From the NCBI GenBank assembly GCA_964649615.1, contig CAZYPW010000006.1, positions 12,635 through 76,634 on the forward strand: a DNA stretch of 64,000 nucleotides, written 5' to 3'. The stretch comes from an uncultured Gammaproteobacteria bacterium. GTDB lineage: Bacteria > Patescibacteriota > Microgenomatia > Daviesbacterales > UBA10151. Positions 47,295 through 59,744 of this stretch are shown here, piece by piece (positions within the stretch are counted from its first letter, which is position 1; every line of letters begins with the position of its first letter). The notes under the pieces were generated by a model. That model was not told where the DNA came from. It saw only the letters and a program-made list of their open reading frames with translations, and did not search any database. The position numbers and the translations under genes were made by a program.

Positions 47295-48866
47295 ATGAGC
47301 AAACAACTAACAAAATTATCTCAAGCTTTAATTGCAGCTTATGATAAAGATTATAAGCACAGCTTGGATAACACCATTTCTGTAAATCCTGTGGTGGCAG
47401 AACTGGCTGCCTGGTATGAAAAATTCAGGACTGCCATGGATTATCGGGATGATGAAGTTATCTTGCGCTCAGCCATTGAACGAATTTTAAAAAGAAGATT
47501 GATGATGTCAAATACTGGTGTAGCTATTGCTGCACCCTTAATTCGTGAACTTGTTTGGGCCAGATACTTTCCTGATGCATCAGTTTCTGAGTCTTCTGTT
47601 AACAAAGTAGCCCAAGCTATAGATTTATATGTCAAGCTTGAAGAAGAAATAAATAAAAAACACCGGATTAATAAGATGATAGTTTCTGAATGGATTATTC
47701 ACTTGCTTTCATCAGAGATAGAGGATATTTTAAAGCCTTCTCCAGAAAAAAATATGATGTGCAATTTTATTTTTAATATTTTTAAAAGCAGAGTTACTAT
47801 TTTGGATGATACAGATGAAATAAGGGATATTCAAGTTTTTATTGCAGTGAGGCGGGCCTTTGCTTATGATGACTTAGCTCTTTTAAGATTTCATTTATTC
47901 AGGCAATACTTTGGCCATTTAAATGCCCATAATTTAGACAAAATATCTACTGATTTTATGGATGGGTATAAAAAGATTGAAGAACAATTTAATTATCCAT
48001 CCAAAGATAAAATTCATAGCTATATTAAGGATCAGATGATCCCCTTTTTAATCTTGGATGATGTTTTAAGAAAATACAAAGGAAAGCTTCACTCTTTAAT
48101 TTCAGATGAAGAGCAGTTAAATTTAGCAATTTTAGAAGCATGCTCCTCAAGATATAAAACTATTGTGGGTAAAGTGAGAAGGGCTATTGTTAGAAGTGTC
48201 ATTTTTATCTTTTTTACCAAAGCAATTTTTGCCCTTTTTGTAGAAGGAGCTTTTGAGAGACTTTTATATGGAAGAATCGTTTGGCCCTCTATTGCCTTAA
48301 ATACTTTAACTCCACCAGCCTTAATGGTTTTAGTTGGGGTTTTTGTTAAAACTCCCGCAAAAGATAATTCTTTTAAAATTTCCCACAAAATAAGTACTAT
48401 TCTTTTTGATGAAAATCCTAATTTAGAAGTTCCTTTGCAAGTTAAAAAAAGGCCTTCCAAGATAGACCCCATAATTTGGATTTTGTTTATGAGTTTGTGG
48501 TTTACTACTTTTGTGTTAAGTTTTGGAGCTATTATTTTTCTTCTGACCAAGTTGGAGGTAAATCCTCTGTCTCAAGCTGTGTTTATATTTTTCTTAGCTA
48601 TAGTTTCTTTTGTAGGTTTTAGGGTAAACAGAACTGCCCATATGTATATTTTAAAAGATAAAAGAGAATATTTAGGATCCATACTTTTTGACTTTTTCTT
48701 TATGCCTTTTATCCAAGTAGGGAGAAGGTTAACGGCCTATGTTTCCCAAATAAATATCATTTTATTTGTCTTTGATTTTATTATTGAAGCTCCCTTTAAA
48801 GGAATAGTAGCCTTTTTAGAACAGTGGCTGCTCTTTTTAAGGACTCAAAGGGAAAAATTAGATTAA
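47295..48866 (+). CDS. Membrane protein, hypothetical (C-terminal multi-TM)
   Basis: 523 aa, with a soluble N-terminal half and 5-6 TM helices in the C-terminal half. Confidence 0.45.
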   Translation: MSKQLTKLSQALIAAYDKDYKHSLDNTISVNPVVAELAAWYEKFRTAMDYRDDEVILRSAIERILKRRLMMSNTGVAIAAPLIRELVWARYFPDASVSESSVNKVAQAIDLYVKLEEEINKKHRINKMIVSEWIIHLLSSEIEDILKPSPEKNMMCNFIFNIFKSRVTILDDTDEIRDIQVFIAVRRAFAYDDLALLRFHLFRQYFGHLNAHNLDKISTDFMDGYKKIEEQFNYPSKDKIHSYIKDQMIPFLILDDVLRKYKGKLHSLISDEEQLNLAILEACSSRYKTIVGKVRRAIVRSVIFIFFTKAIFALFVEGAFERLLYGRIVWPSIALNTLTPPALMVLVGVFVKTPAKDNSFKISHKISTILFDENPNLEVPLQVKKRPSKIDPIIWILFMSLWFTTFVLSFGAIIFLLTKLEVNPLSQAVFIFFLAIVSFVGFRVNRTAHMYILKDKREYLGSILFDFFFMPFIQVGRRLTAYVSQINIILFVFDFIIEAPFKGIVAFLEQWLLFLRTQREKLD

Positions 48867-48872
48867 TCCGTA

Positions 48873-48893
48873 TTCCCACTTGACATGTGGGAA
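48873..48893. repeat. Family-1 palindrome variant B immediately 5' of the RAYT gene
   Basis: Lies between the stop at 48866 and the RAYT ATG at 48915. Confidence 0.9.
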
Positions 48894-49352
48894 CGTAGTT
48901 GGGACTATGGAATTATGGCAAATCCTCCTTTTGCTTCTGGCGAGTTTTATCATATTTATAACCGTGGTGTAGAAAAAAGAAAAATTTTTCTTGATAAGTG
49001 GGATTATTTAAGATTCTTAGAGACCCTAGATTTTTACCGCAAATCCCCCAACCCAATGAAACTATCGGATTTTAGAAGAGGTGTAATTAAACTTAAAAAG
49101 AATGAAGATCAGAAGGAAATAGTCAGAATTTATTGTTATTCTCTAATGCCGAATCACTTTCATCTGTTAGTTCAACAACTGGAAGAATCTGGAATTACTC
49201 AATTTATGAGAAAATTATCTGATAGTTATACCAGGTTTTTTAATACCAAGTATGAGAGGGTGGGTTCTCTTTTTCAGGGAAGCTTTAAGGCAAAATTAAT
49301 TGAAACTGATGAATATTTACTTCAGCTTTCAAAATATATTCATCGAAACGCG

Positions 49353-49373
49353 TTCCCACTTAAGATGTGGGAA
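49353..49373. repeat. Family-1 palindrome TTCCCACTTAAGATGTGGGAA inside the RAYT ORF
   Basis: Read as FPLKMWE. Confidence 0.85.
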
Positions 49374-49566
49374 GGTAAAGTTTATCCATATTCCTCCTAC
49401 GGGTATTATCTAAACGGGGAGAAACATCTATTCTGTGACACAGAATTTATAGGGGCATTTTTTTCTAAAACAAATCCTAAACTAAGCTATAAATCTTTTG
49501 TAGAGGAAACAGAGTTTGGGGATCCAATAGCAGTTTATAATCTCTCCATAGATAATGATGAATGCG

Positions 49567-49587
49567 TTCCCACATCGGATGTGGGAA
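49567..49587. repeat. Family-1 palindrome at the RAYT 3' end
   Basis: Encodes the C-terminal VPTSDVGS plus the stop. Confidence 0.9.
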
Positions 49588-49599
49588 GCTAAATAATAG

Positions 49600-50448
49600 T
49601 TAGGTTTTGTAGGGGTAAGGTCTGTTTCCAACAACTGGTGGATTTGCTATAAATCTGTAATAAACCATTGCTCTTATTTCTTGAGTTGGATATTCTGGAA
49701 ACCCATTATCTGGAGTTGGTAAAGAAAACATCCATGCCATAACTCCGGCTGGAAAAGCTCCTGATCCTTCTAAGGCATATAAAACTCTGACTGCTTGTGA
49801 GGCATGAGCTACAACACCTATCTCATCTCCTGATTGGATTTGAAGATTCAAAGGTAAGCTAAATGTTTGTATTTGATCCAAAAGATTATATTTTTCAGTG
49901 TTAAATCTGGGATGATCCACAGGATTAATAATAGAGACTCTATCAGGAGGGTATCCTAAGCCTTCAGGAATTCTAAACCAGGGAACCTTTGCTGCTTCTA
50001 TCAAATGAGCATTTTCATCTGATCTTCCATTATAAATTATTATTGGGCCATATTTTCTAATTAAATCTAATTCAGATGGAATATTTCCTGTAATTTCTCT
50101 TCCAGCTCTAATCTCAGCTAATCTTCTGGCCACTTTAAACCCATAATTTATCCTTCTCCTATCCGCCCAATGGGCCCACTCCTTATTTGCATATCTATCT
50201 TTTTTGTTTCTTTTAAAATATGTGCCTGGTGCAGATATTACCCAAATTGCTTTTATTCTGTCTGCATCTTCTTGGTTGAGGTTAAGTTGGGATCCTTGAG
50301 CAGCTTCTTCCAGTTGTTGATAAGTTCTGACAGCTTCATCTAAGAATGAACTTACTTCATGCAAGTCTTTTTCTTTCAGGGCTTCAGCCCACAATTCAAC
50401 TTGTTTAATGCTTTGTAAAACTGCTTGAGGGGTAATTACTTCTTTCAT
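49600..50448 (-). CDS. Hypothetical protein (possibly DUF218/YdcF-like)
   Basis: 282-aa ORF. Weak resemblance (VVAHASQAVRV) only. Confidence 0.35.
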   Translation of the reverse strand: MKEVITPQAVLQSIKQVELWAEALKEKDLHEVSSFLDEAVRTYQQLEEAAQGSQLNLNQEDADRIKAIWVISAPGTYFKRNKKDRYANKEWAHWADRRRINYGFKVARRLAEIRAGREITGNIPSELDLIRKYGPIIIYNGRSDENAHLIEAAKVPWFRIPEGLGYPPDRVSIINPVDHPRFNTEKYNLLDQIQTFSLPLNLQIQSGDEIGVVAHASQAVRVLYALEGSGAFPAGVMAWMFSLPTPDNGFPEYPTQEIRAMVYYRFIANPPVVGNRPYPYKT

Positions 50449-50548
50449 AAACTTAAATTATACTATAATTTAGGCTCATAGCAAATTTAGTGTTGACTGA
50501 TTTTGAAATCCTCTTGTAAAATAATCTATTAAACTTGATAATTAATAT

Positions 50549-51286
50549 ATGGAACATGAAATTGTTTTAGCTCCGGAAGTATTGGGTTTTTATAATACCT
50601 TTCCTATTACTAATACCCTGCTTGTTTCCTGGATAGTAATGGTTGTTTTAATTGTAATAAGTTTACTCACCACCTGGAAGATCAGAGCAGTGCCTTACAT
50701 TTTGCAAAACTTTTTTGAAGCTATAATTGAAACAGGATATAAAACAGTAGAAGATTTAGCAGGATCACAAAAAGCTAAAGTCTTTTTCCCAATTTGTTTT
50801 ACCTTCTTTTTATATATTATTACTGCCAACTGGTTAGGATTATTCCCAGGTTTTGCCACTATTACTTATAAACACCAACCTCTTTTAAGGTCTATTAACT
50901 CAGATTTAAACATGACCTTGGCTTTAGCTTTAATCTCTGCCTTTTTAACCCATGCTTTTGCAGTAAGATACTTAGGTCCCGTAGGTTATTTAAAAAGATG
51001 GTTCTCACTGCAGCTTTTTCCTGTTTTCTTGTTTGTAGGATTTTTAGAAATTATCTCTGAGTTTACAAAAGTGGTCTCGCTTTCTTTTAGGCTTTTTGGT
51101 AATATTTTTGCCGGTGAGGTGGTTTTGACAACTGTGTCTGGAATATCTAAATTTAGCGCCTTTTTAGTACCGCTTCCTTTTTATTTGTTGGAAATTGTTG
51201 TAGGATTTGTACAGGCTGCTGTTTTTATGATGTTAACACTGGTATTTATGGTGTTACTAAGTGAGAAACATGAAGCTTCTCATTAG
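50549..51286 (+). CDS. atpB: F0F1 ATP synthase subunit a
   Basis: Five TM helices and the LSFRLFGNIFAGE motif with the essential Arg. Confidence 0.85.
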   Translation: MEHEIVLAPEVLGFYNTFPITNTLLVSWIVMVVLIVISLLTTWKIRAVPYILQNFFEAIIETGYKTVEDLAGSQKAKVFFPICFTFFLYIITANWLGLFPGFATITYKHQPLLRSINSDLNMTLALALISAFLTHAFAVRYLGPVGYLKRWFSLQLFPVFLFVGFLEIISEFTKVVSLSFRLFGNIFAGEVVLTTVSGISKFSAFLVPLPFYLLEIVVGFVQAAVFMMLTLVFMVLLSEKHEASH

Positions 51287-51317
51287 GTAACTAGTAACTA
51301 ATTACTAGTGCCTTTGA

Positions 51318-51539
<222 letters not shown>

Positions 51540-51618
51540 AGTCAAGTCGTTAGAGTCGAGAGTCAAGTGAAATTCTTATTGATTCTTCCTAGACTCTAGA
51601 ATCTAGACTCTAGTCACT

Positions 51619-52113
51619 ATGGATATACTTAATCAGTTTGGTATAAATCCAGTGCTTTTGGCAGCACAAACAATTAATTTTTTAATACTTCTGTTTTTAC
51701 TGAGGAAATTTTTATATGGCCCAATTTTAAGGGTTTTAGAAACCAGAAAGAAAAAAATTGAAGAGAGTTTAAAAAATGCAGAGGAGATTGAAAGAAAGCT
51801 ACTTTTAACTGAGGAGGAAAAAGAGAAGATTTTGGCTAAAACAGCAATTGAAGCAGGTAAACTCATAGATGATACCAAAAAAGAGATAGAGTTAATGAAG
51901 CAGGAAGGTAGAGTACAGGCAGAAGCATTGGCTGCACAAATAATCAAAAAAGGTGAAGCGAGTGCTAAAGCTGAAATGGAAAGGATGCAATCGGAGGTAA
52001 TGTCGCATTTATCAGAGATTATTGCTTTGGGTATGCAAAAAATTACTGGAAAGGCCTTAAATAAAAAAGAAGAGAGAGAATTGATTGAAAAGGAGGTTAG
52101 AAATTTGTCATGA
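51619..52113 (+). CDS. atpF: F0F1 ATP synthase subunit b
   Basis: N-terminal TM followed by a long charged helix. Confidence 0.8.
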   Translation: MDILNQFGINPVLLAAQTINFLILLFLLRKFLYGPILRVLETRKKKIEESLKNAEEIERKLLLTEEEKEKILAKTAIEAGKLIDDTKKEIELMKQEGRVQAEALAAQIIKKGEASAKAEMERMQSEVMSHLSEIIALGMQKITGKALNKKEERELIEKEVRNLS

Positions 52114-52505
52114 AAAAAAGCAATGACCTAAAAAAGTTAGTTGAAAAATGCTGCATATATTGTTGTTCTGATGGAAGGATTAACGAAAAAAAGGTTACCA
52201 GCGTTATTAAAAATCTTAAATCCCTTCCCAGATCTCAGGCTATTTTTGCTATATCAGAGTTCTTGAAGACTTTAAAAAAACAAATGAGTAAAACAACTTT
52301 AATTGTGGAATCCTCGTTGCCTTTATCAAAACTGCAACTTAACAGTATAGCTAAAAAGCTAAAAAGTGATTATATTATCAGCGATGTAAAAAATACTCTT
52401 AACCCTAAACTACTGGGAGGTTTTAGGGTGAAAATCGGTGATATGGTTTCTGATTTTTCTCTGCAGAATAGAATTTTACAGTTGAAGGAAGCTATAATAG
52501 CTTAA
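52110..52505 (+). CDS. atpH: F0F1 ATP synthase subunit delta (short OSCP-like)
   Basis: Position between atpF and atpA. 131 aa. Confidence 0.6.
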   Translation: MKKSNDLKKLVEKCCIYCCSDGRINEKKVTSVIKNLKSLPRSQAIFAISEFLKTLKKQMSKTTLIVESSLPLSKLQLNSIAKKLKSDYIISDVKNTLNPKLLGGFRVKIGDMVSDFSLQNRILQLKEAIIA

Positions 52506-52508
52506 AAT

Positions 52509-54104
52509 ATGAATATGGATATTATTTCCAAGATTGAGAGGGATATTAAGGAGCTAAAATTTAAAGCGCAAAAACAAAATGTAGGTTATGTGAGTGAGAT
52601 TGGTGATGGGGTGGCAAAAATAGACGGGCTTTCTGATGTGCAATATTCTGAGCTTTTGGATTTTGGCTCCGGGGTTAGAGGACTGGCTCTTAATTTGGAA
52701 CAATACTCTGTTGGAGCTGTTATTTTTGGAGATTATACCAAAATTAAAGAAGGGGCTGAAGTTAAAACAACAGGCAAAATTTTGGAGGTGCCGGTTGGTG
52801 AAGCACTTGTTGGAAGAGTGGTTAACGGCTTAGGAGAACCAATTGATGGAAAAGGAGCTATTAAAGCTTCTGCCAAATATCCGGTTGAGAAAATTGCCAC
52901 GGGTGTAATTAGCAGGCAGTCTGTTAATACCCCGCTCCAGACAGGCATTAAAGCCATAGACAGCATGATTCCAATTGGCCGTGGGCAGAGGCAGTTAATT
53001 ATTGGGGATAGAAATACGGGTAAAACAACTATTGCGATTGATACGATTGTAAACCAAGGGAGAGTTAATAGTTCACAGTTAGTTAGTTCATCGCCAAAAG
53101 CAAATCGAACTAACGAATTAACCAATCACGATAAACAAGTTATATGTATCTATGTGGCTATTGGCCAGAAAACTTCTAAAATTGCTCAATTGGTGGCTAA
53201 GTTAGAAGAACACGATGCCATGAAACACACTATCATTGTGGCTGCTTCTGCATCTGACAGCGCTACTATGCAATATATTGCCCCATATGCAGGAGTAGCT
53301 ATGGGTGAGTATTTTATGGACTTGGGCAAAGATGCTTTGATTATTTATGATGATTTGAGCAAACATGCCTGGGCTTACAGACAGGTGTCTTTGCTTCTGC
53401 GAAGGCCATCTGGCCGTGAGGCTTATCCCGGGGATGTGTTTTATTTGCATTCCAGGTTGCTTGAGCGGGCAGCCAGATTAAACAAAGATTACGGTGGCGG
53501 ATCGCTGACAGCTTTGCCTATTATAGAAACTCAGGCCGGAGATGTGTCTGCTTATATTCCAACTAATGTTATTTCTATCACAGACGGGCAGATTTATCTG
53601 GAATCTGATTTATTTAACTCCGGATTCAGGCCTGCTTTAAACGTTGGAATCTCTGTATCCAGAGTTGGAGGAGCAGCGCAAACAAAAGCTATGAAGTCGG
53701 TTGCAGGACAATTAAGGTTAGATTTAGCCCAGTTTAGAGCCTTACAGGCTTTTGCCCAATTTTCCTCTGATTTGGATCCGGAAACCAGATCCAGGATTGA
53801 AAGAGGCAGAAGAATTCAGGAGATACTAAAACAACCTCCTTACTCCCCTGTTAGCTTAGAAGAGCAGGTTGTTTCTTTATGGGCAGTTATAAACGGGCAT
53901 CTGGACGAGATTCCGGTTGAAAATATCCGTGATTTTGAACAAAAGTATCTAGAATACCTTAAATTAAGAGAGAAAAAGCTGCTTTCTGAGATAGCTTCTA
54001 AAAAAGAGTTGGACGAGAAGATGGTAAAAGAGCTAGAAAAGGTTACTAAGAGTTTTGTGAGTACTTTCGCAAAATCAAATATCAAAAATAAAAATGAAAA
54101 ATGA
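52509..54104 (+). CDS. atpA: F0F1 ATP synthase subunit alpha
   Basis: [16 protein letters not shown]-loop and a [42 protein letters not shown] block. Contains a roughly 26-aa in-frame insertion at 53061-53138. Confidence 0.95.
   Translation: MNMDIISKIERDIKELKFKAQKQNVGYVSEIGDGVAKIDGLSDVQYSELLDFGSGVRGLALNLEQYSVGAVIFGDYTKIKEGAEVKTTGKILEVPVGEALVGRVVNGLGEPIDGKGAIKASAKYPVEKIATGVISRQSVNTPLQTGIKAIDSMIPIGRGQRQLIIGDRNTGKTTIAIDTIVNQGRVNSSQLVSSSPKANRTNELTNHDKQVICIYVAIGQKTSKIAQLVAKLEEHDAMKHTIIVAASASDSATMQYIAPYAGVAMGEYFMDLGKDALIIYDDLSKHAWAYRQVSLLLRRPSGREAYPGDVFYLHSRLLERAARLNKDYGGGSLTALPIIETQAGDVSAYIPTNVISITDGQIYLESDLFNSGFRPALNVGISVSRVGGAAQTKAMKSVAGQLRLDLAQFRALQAFAQFSSDLDPETRSRIERGRRIQEILKQPPYSPVSLEEQVVSLWAVINGHLDEIPVENIRDFEQKYLEYLKLREKKLLSEIASKKELDEKMVKELEKVTKSFVSTFAKSNIKNKNEK
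53078..53123. repeat. Family-4 inverted repeat GTTAGTTAGTTCATC...CGAACTAAC
   Basis: Inside atpA. The insert encodes [17 protein letters not shown]. Confidence 0.75.
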
Positions 54105-54141
54105 CAGATTAAAATGTAAAATGTTTACTTAAATTAAAACT

Positions 54142-56372
<2,231 letters not shown>

Positions 56373-56374
56373 AG

Positions 56375-57319
56375 CTATTTAGTAACTGTGCTTGTTACTG
56401 CCCTTGCAGAATCTTTTAGCATATTCCAATATTTTCTTGCCATATGGTCTGCAGATCTTTCAGCTTGGAAAGAGTAATAAACTTTTTCTGCTTCAATATT
56501 AGTTCTTACAAGATTCGTTGCATCCACAGGAGTTCTTATAGAATGCAACATTTCTCTAATTCTCCTGATTGGAGTAATCATACTGTCATAATCCACAACT
56601 TGTAGGATCTGTCTTACCGATGAATCTAATTCCCTTTCAGCATTAGGGCTATTTGGGTGAAATGAATTATAAGCAAGATATGGAAAGTTTCCAGAGATCC
56701 AAAGTCTGGAACTAGTATTAGGAGACATATAACTTAACCAAGCCTTCATCTTATCTGCTTTCCTTCGAATTAAGCGGTCTCCAAAACCCTTTCCTGCAGT
56801 TATGTGATCGGTAGGCACGCTTACTACAGTGTCATATACGGCGAATCCAAAGACGGTTCTAGCCTCCAAAATTCTCTGCGCAGGATGAACTCCAGATAGC
56901 AACATTTGTTGCTGGGATTGATTGGCTTGTGCTTCTATCCTAGCCTTATAATTTTGAGATAATTCTACCTGGTATCTGTCGGCTCTTTCTTGATACTGTT
57001 TCAGTTGGTCGCCCCATCTCCTCCAAACTTCGTAATTAGAGAACTCGTGGGTTAACTCGTCTCTATATAAGCTGGGATCAAAAGAGGGTAAATGTATTCC
57101 AATATGACTTTGGTTATCTACTGTATTTACTGCTGGCATAAAAAACATGCCAGTAAAATCATCTGGAAGGTCCTTTCCTTGAAGAAGCTCTGGTTTAGCC
57201 GTGGCAAATTTAAGCCTAGTGTATTCTTCCCTATCGGATGTTGCACTGACAGTTAAATCAGTTGTTTTATAAGTAGCCTTTAACTCATCTATGATTGTTT
57301 GAATATCTCTTTCAGGCAT
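56375..57319 (-). CDS. Hypothetical protein
   Basis: 314-aa ORF on the opposite strand immediately after the atpD stop. No recognisable motif. Confidence 0.45.
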   Translation of the reverse strand: MPERDIQTIIDELKATYKTTDLTVSATSDREEYTRLKFATAKPELLQGKDLPDDFTGMFFMPAVNTVDNQSHIGIHLPSFDPSLYRDELTHEFSNYEVWRRWGDQLKQYQERADRYQVELSQNYKARIEAQANQSQQQMLLSGVHPAQRILEARTVFGFAVYDTVVSVPTDHITAGKGFGDRLIRRKADKMKAWLSYMSPNTSSRLWISGNFPYLAYNSFHPNSPNAERELDSSVRQILQVVDYDSMITPIRRIREMLHSIRTPVDATNLVRTNIEAEKVYYSFQAERSADHMARKYWNMLKDSARAVTSTVTK

Positions 57320-57407
57320 AAATTTATTACAAAGTATACCATAATTCTTTCCTTAAACTACCTTCCCACGCTTCATATCTTCTTAAAGTTAAACAAGATC
57401 CTTCTTT

Positions 57408-57432
57408 GTGCCTCAACCTTCGAGGTTGCAAC
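57408..57432. repeat. Family-2 element TTCTTTGTGCCTCAACCTTCGAGGTTGCAACC
   Basis: Palindrome CAACCT-TCG-AGGTTG. Left flank of the atpD-fragment copy. Confidence 0.8.
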
Positions 57433-57486
57433 CTATTTTTCCGGCAGAAAAGGAAAATACGTGCCGATTAAAGAAACAATGAAAAT

Positions 57487-57514
57487 GTGCCTCAACCTTC
57501 GAGGTTGCAGGCTA
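57487..57514. repeat. Family-2 element TGCCTCAACCTTCGAGGTTGCAGGCTAAA
   Basis: Right flank of the atpD-fragment copy. Confidence 0.8.
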
Positions 57515-57520
57515 AACATT

Positions 57521-57880
57521 CTACGGAATATCTGACATTAAAGGCATTCCCAGATGAGTTTTAATTTCATCAATTTCTCTTTTGTTTCTGGAATGGAACA
57601 GTCCCTCTTTGTCTCTAATTCCTTTAACATCCATATGAAGATTTTCTATATCTCCTCTGGCTGCATCAACATTTTCACTCATTTCCTTTACATCTTTTTT
57701 AAGACCATCGACATCTTCCCTAAGAGCATTCACATCTCCCCTTGCTTCCTTAATCTCCTTTTTAACTGTATCAAGTCCTTCTTCAACATTCCCAAGTCTT
57801 TTATCTATCGGTTTTAATTCCTCTTTGACTATAGTGGTAACTTCTTCTTTAATTATTTGACGAAATTGTTTTGGATCCAT
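57521..57880 (-). CDS. Coiled-coil protein with repeated DV..L..DV motifs
   Basis: 119 aa, with periodic EARGDVNALREDVDGLKKDVKEMSENVDAARGDIENLHMDVKGI repeats. Confidence 0.45.
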   Translation of the reverse strand: MDPKQFRQIIKEEVTTIVKEELKPIDKRLGNVEEGLDTVKKEIKEARGDVNALREDVDGLKKDVKEMSENVDAARGDIENLHMDVKGIRDKEGLFHSRNKREIDEIKTHLGMPLMSDIP

Positions 57881-57980
57881 GAATTAATTTTAATACTGAC
57901 CTATATGGAAAACAATATAGCTTTTGTACTCCAGTTAAGCAATATGTTCAAAGACGCTATCAAGATGAAATGAAACCACG

Positions 57981-58001
57981 TTCCCACATCGGATGTGGGA
58001 A
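57981..58001. repeat. Family-1 palindrome, intergenic copy
   Basis: Lies within the atpD/atpC island. Confidence 0.9.
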
Positions 58002-58463
58002 TATGGATGAAGTAAGTTATTCTTCAATATAAACAAATTGGCCTTTTTCATCAAATTTTATGGATTTAAACAGATTAAAGAACCCGTCTCTTCCTAAAAT
58101 TGGAATATTTTGTTTAACACTGAAGTCTGCATCTGTTTCATAACTTTTATTTCCCAACCAAATCTGATCCAGAATCCAGTAAAGCATCAAATTTGGGGAA
58201 ATCGGAGGAACATATGAATATCAAGTTATTTTAGACATTACATTGATAAATGACCATCAAAAGGTGGAACATAATGAAGAATAACCTCATCCTTCTTTTT
58301 TCCAGTTAATCTTTTGAGTAAAGAATCCAATGATTGTGTTGAATTAACTACCCTTGTTCTTTTTTTGTCAAGAGCAACCCATTTATTCTCATAGTTTAAA
58401 AGGAAGCATGACTCCAATCTTTCTACATGATTGGGACCATTGATGAGGTAAAGGAATAACTAT

Positions 58464-58943
58464 TTACCCTCTTTTAGGCGGGTTAAAAGATGGATTGTCT
58501 GGCAAAACACCCGCTTCCAAGTATCGAACATTGATAGATAAGCCATTAGCTATTAAAATTTTTTGTAAGTCATGTATTCCTCTTTTAATCTTGCCATTTT
58601 CTAAAGCTGATAAGTAAGCTTTAGTTATAGGGGGACCAGACCTTTTTGCTAACTCTGTAAGTGAAAGAGCTCTCTCATTTCTCCATGCTCTTACAACTAG
58701 GCCTGGAGAGTAATGTGAGCCATGGATTTGTAAACTTCTATTCATAAAGTCTTCGTCTTGAGGAAAAAGTCTAGCATTCTCAATAAATCTTCCTAATAGG
58801 ATGATTTCTTCTTCTAAATTGCTATGATATCGCTCTGGATAACGTTGGATAATATATGATACTCCCTCTAGAAAATACCTGGTTTGACCTGGAGATAACT
58901 GATCTAGTTCCCTTGTTATAGCATGTTCTAATTCGTTAAACAT
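58464..58943 (-). CDS. XRE-family HTH domain protein
   Basis: C-terminal LSLTELAKRSGPPITKAYLSALENGK helix-turn-helix. Confidence 0.55.
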   Translation of the reverse strand: MFNELEHAITRELDQLSPGQTRYFLEGVSYIIQRYPERYHSNLEEEIILLGRFIENARLFPQDEDFMNRSLQIHGSHYSPGLVVRAWRNERALSLTELAKRSGPPITKAYLSALENGKIKRGIHDLQKILIANGLSINVRYLEAGVLPDNPSFNPPKRG

Positions 58944-59012
58944 AGGAATAATTTTAACAGAAAATTAGGAATAAATCAAACTATGGGACTTTTGGAGTTT
59001 GTGCTTTTTGAA

Positions 59013-59318
59013 TTAAAATTTCAACCCCGCCTTGGTTTTAATTCTATTTCCTTTTTGTCCCACTACACCATATGATGTATTAGACATCTCCATAAACCCC
59101 ACATCAATTTTATAATTTTTGCTACCAATTTTAATACGCAGTGTATGGATATAAATATTTTCAGGGAAACCTACAATTCCACTAACTTGTAATTTTATGC
59201 CTTTTAATAAATTAATCCCTAAAACTTCAGTTACTTGTGCATTAAAGATACAGATATCTGCACCTGAGTCAATTAGTACTTCATATGGGGATAACGGGAC
59301 GTAAAGTATCAGTACCAA
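59013..59318 (-). CDS. Retropepsin-like aspartic protease (clan AA)
   Basis: VLIDSGADICIF contains the D-S-G-A catalytic signature of retroviral-type aspartyl proteases. 101 aa. Confidence 0.6.
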   Translation of the reverse strand: MVLILYVPLSPYEVLIDSGADICIFNAQVTEVLGINLLKGIKLQVSGIVGFPENIYIHTLRIKIGSKNYKIDVGFMEMSNTSYGVVGQKGNRIKTKAGLKF

Positions 59319-59340
59319 ATTCCTTATATTTAAACTTCAT

Positions 59341-59392
59341 TTCTTTGTGCTTCAACCTTCGAGGTTGCAGGCTAGAGGTTGCAGGCTAAAAT
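59341..59392. repeat. Family-2 element with duplicated GAGGTTGCAGGCTA arm
   Basis: TTCTTTGTGCTTCAACCTTCGAGGTTGCAGGCTAGAGGTTGCAGGCTAAA, between the retropepsin gene and the Cys-rich gene. Confidence 0.8.
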
Positions 59393-59446
59393 TTCATCAC
59401 TATATTCTCGGTCTCGAATATAATTTTTACTAACAAATGGTGCAGA

Positions 59447-59692
59447 TTAAGCTGCCGGTAAAACTGGTTCTCCTCCTCCTGTACTAACTGTTACTGGTGG
59501 ACAGCTACATTTGCTTTCAGCCTCATTACAGGGGACGCATTTTTTAACACAATGCTCTCCTCCACAAGCATGTTGTTCATCATGCATATCTGACTCTGCC
59601 CCGCACATATCACATTTATACCCTGTGGTACCTTGGCCACACCTGGTACACATAGCAGCTGTAGGATTATTATTTCGATCCATTTTTATCAC
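59447..59692 (-). CDS. Cys/His-rich metallothionein-like small protein
   Basis: 81 aa with 14 Cys in CxxC/CxC arrangements plus His (CTRCGQ, KCDMCGAES, HACGGEHCVKKCVPC, CSCPP). GC content above local background. Confidence 0.5.
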   Translation of the reverse strand: MIKMDRNNNPTAAMCTRCGQGTTGYKCDMCGAESDMHDEQHACGGEHCVKKCVPCNEAESKCSCPPVTVSTGGGEPVLPAA

Positions 59693-59744
59693 CTCCTTGT
59701 TTCTATGGTAACTAATAGGGTCTGTATGGTCAATATCTCAATTA

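Larger units (their letters stand above)
48915..49592 (+). mobile_element. IS200/COG1943-type Y1 (HuH) transposase, REP-associated tyrosine transposase (RAYT)-like
   Basis: YHIYNRGV...CYSLMPNHFHLLVQQ (HuH)...LFQGSFKAKLIETDEYLLQLSKYIHRNA (catalytic Tyr region). Start MANPPF at 48915. Palindromic element copies lie at 48873-48893, 49353-49373 and 49567-49587. Confidence 0.8.

Noticed and set aside
57299-57535. 78-aa plus-strand ORF ...[25 protein letters not shown]
   Set aside because: This is not a gene. It is the displaced copy of the atpD 3' end read through the flanking family-2 palindromes.
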